From: Naegleria gruberi
Taxonomy: Eukaryota
NCBI GenBank assembly: GCA_000004985.1
Contig: GG738872.1
Length of the DNA: 64,000 nt
Strand: one strand, 5' to 3'
The notes below the pieces were generated by a model. It saw only the letters and a list, made by a program, of their open reading frames with translations. It ran no database searches and was not told the origin of the DNA. This document shows positions 63,917-64,000 of this stretch, piece by piece; the stretch's first letter is position 1; each line of letters begins with the position of its first letter. Position numbers and translations under genes: made by a program.

Positions 63917-64000
63917 ATTATTACACACACAAATATTTTCAATTGTTTAGTGATCCAATTCTTCTTTATAAATTGTTAAAAACCCAAAATGTCATCTGCA

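Noticed and set aside
1-64000. Possibility that the window is prokaryotic (operons, CRISPR, prophage) or uses a ciliate-type genetic code
   Set aside because: Numerous canonical GTAAGT...AG introns restore conserved proteins (SRP19, MCTS1, RRP12, SDR, kinases). There are Pol III tRNA genes with T-run terminators and eukaryote-specific proteins. TAA/TGA stops coincide with the conserved C-termini of RPS23, RRP12 and MCTS1, so the code is standard. No direct-repeat/spacer arrays are present.

Overview
This window is a gene-dense nuclear fragment from a unicellular eukaryote, not a prokaryote. It is AT-rich (roughly 65-70% AT, with some intergenic stretches >90% AT). It uses the standard genetic code: TAA/TGA stops fall where conserved homologs end. 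Introns are short (about 40-190 nt) and almost all are GTAAGT...AG. There are two Pol III tRNA genes with T-run terminators. Coding regions carry homopolymeric Q/N/T/S/H/acidic tracts. The gene content includes an ABP-120/filamin-like gene, DUF4116 repeat proteins, F5/8-C (discoidin-like) domains, an F-box protein and a PH-domain AGC kinase. Together with the GTAAGT intron style, this best fits an amoebozoan, probably a dictyostelid-like social amoeba. That assignment is inference only.

I call about 36 protein-coding genes on both strands, roughly one per 1.8 kb. They include RPS23, SRP19, MCTS1/Tma20, RRP12, a YEATS-domain protein, a filamin-like gene, two kinases, an ionotropic-glutamate-receptor-like channel, an SDR, a Josephin deubiquitinase, PIG-H, and a 4-exon NRPS-like adenylation-carrier-reductase gene. 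There are no CRISPR arrays, prophages or operons.

Most worth a second look:
- The A-T-R reductase, which has a roughly 340-aa coiled-coil and Cys-cluster N-terminal extension.
- A minimal (GluR0-like) iGluR.
- A Q/N-rich protein whose C-terminus resembles the N-terminal DNA-binding domain of tyrosine recombinases (ALOG/DIRS1-like). Its upstream region carries diverged partial copies of the RPS23 3' end.
- A 1477-aa protein with six tandem discoidin-like domains.
- A bacterial-type DUF1304 membrane-protein gene.
- An ATG start codon apparently split by an intron in MCTS1.

All splice coordinates were read by eye and may be off by 1-2 nt. Near 21.85-21.96 kb my reading of the sequence and the ORF track disagree by one nucleotide.
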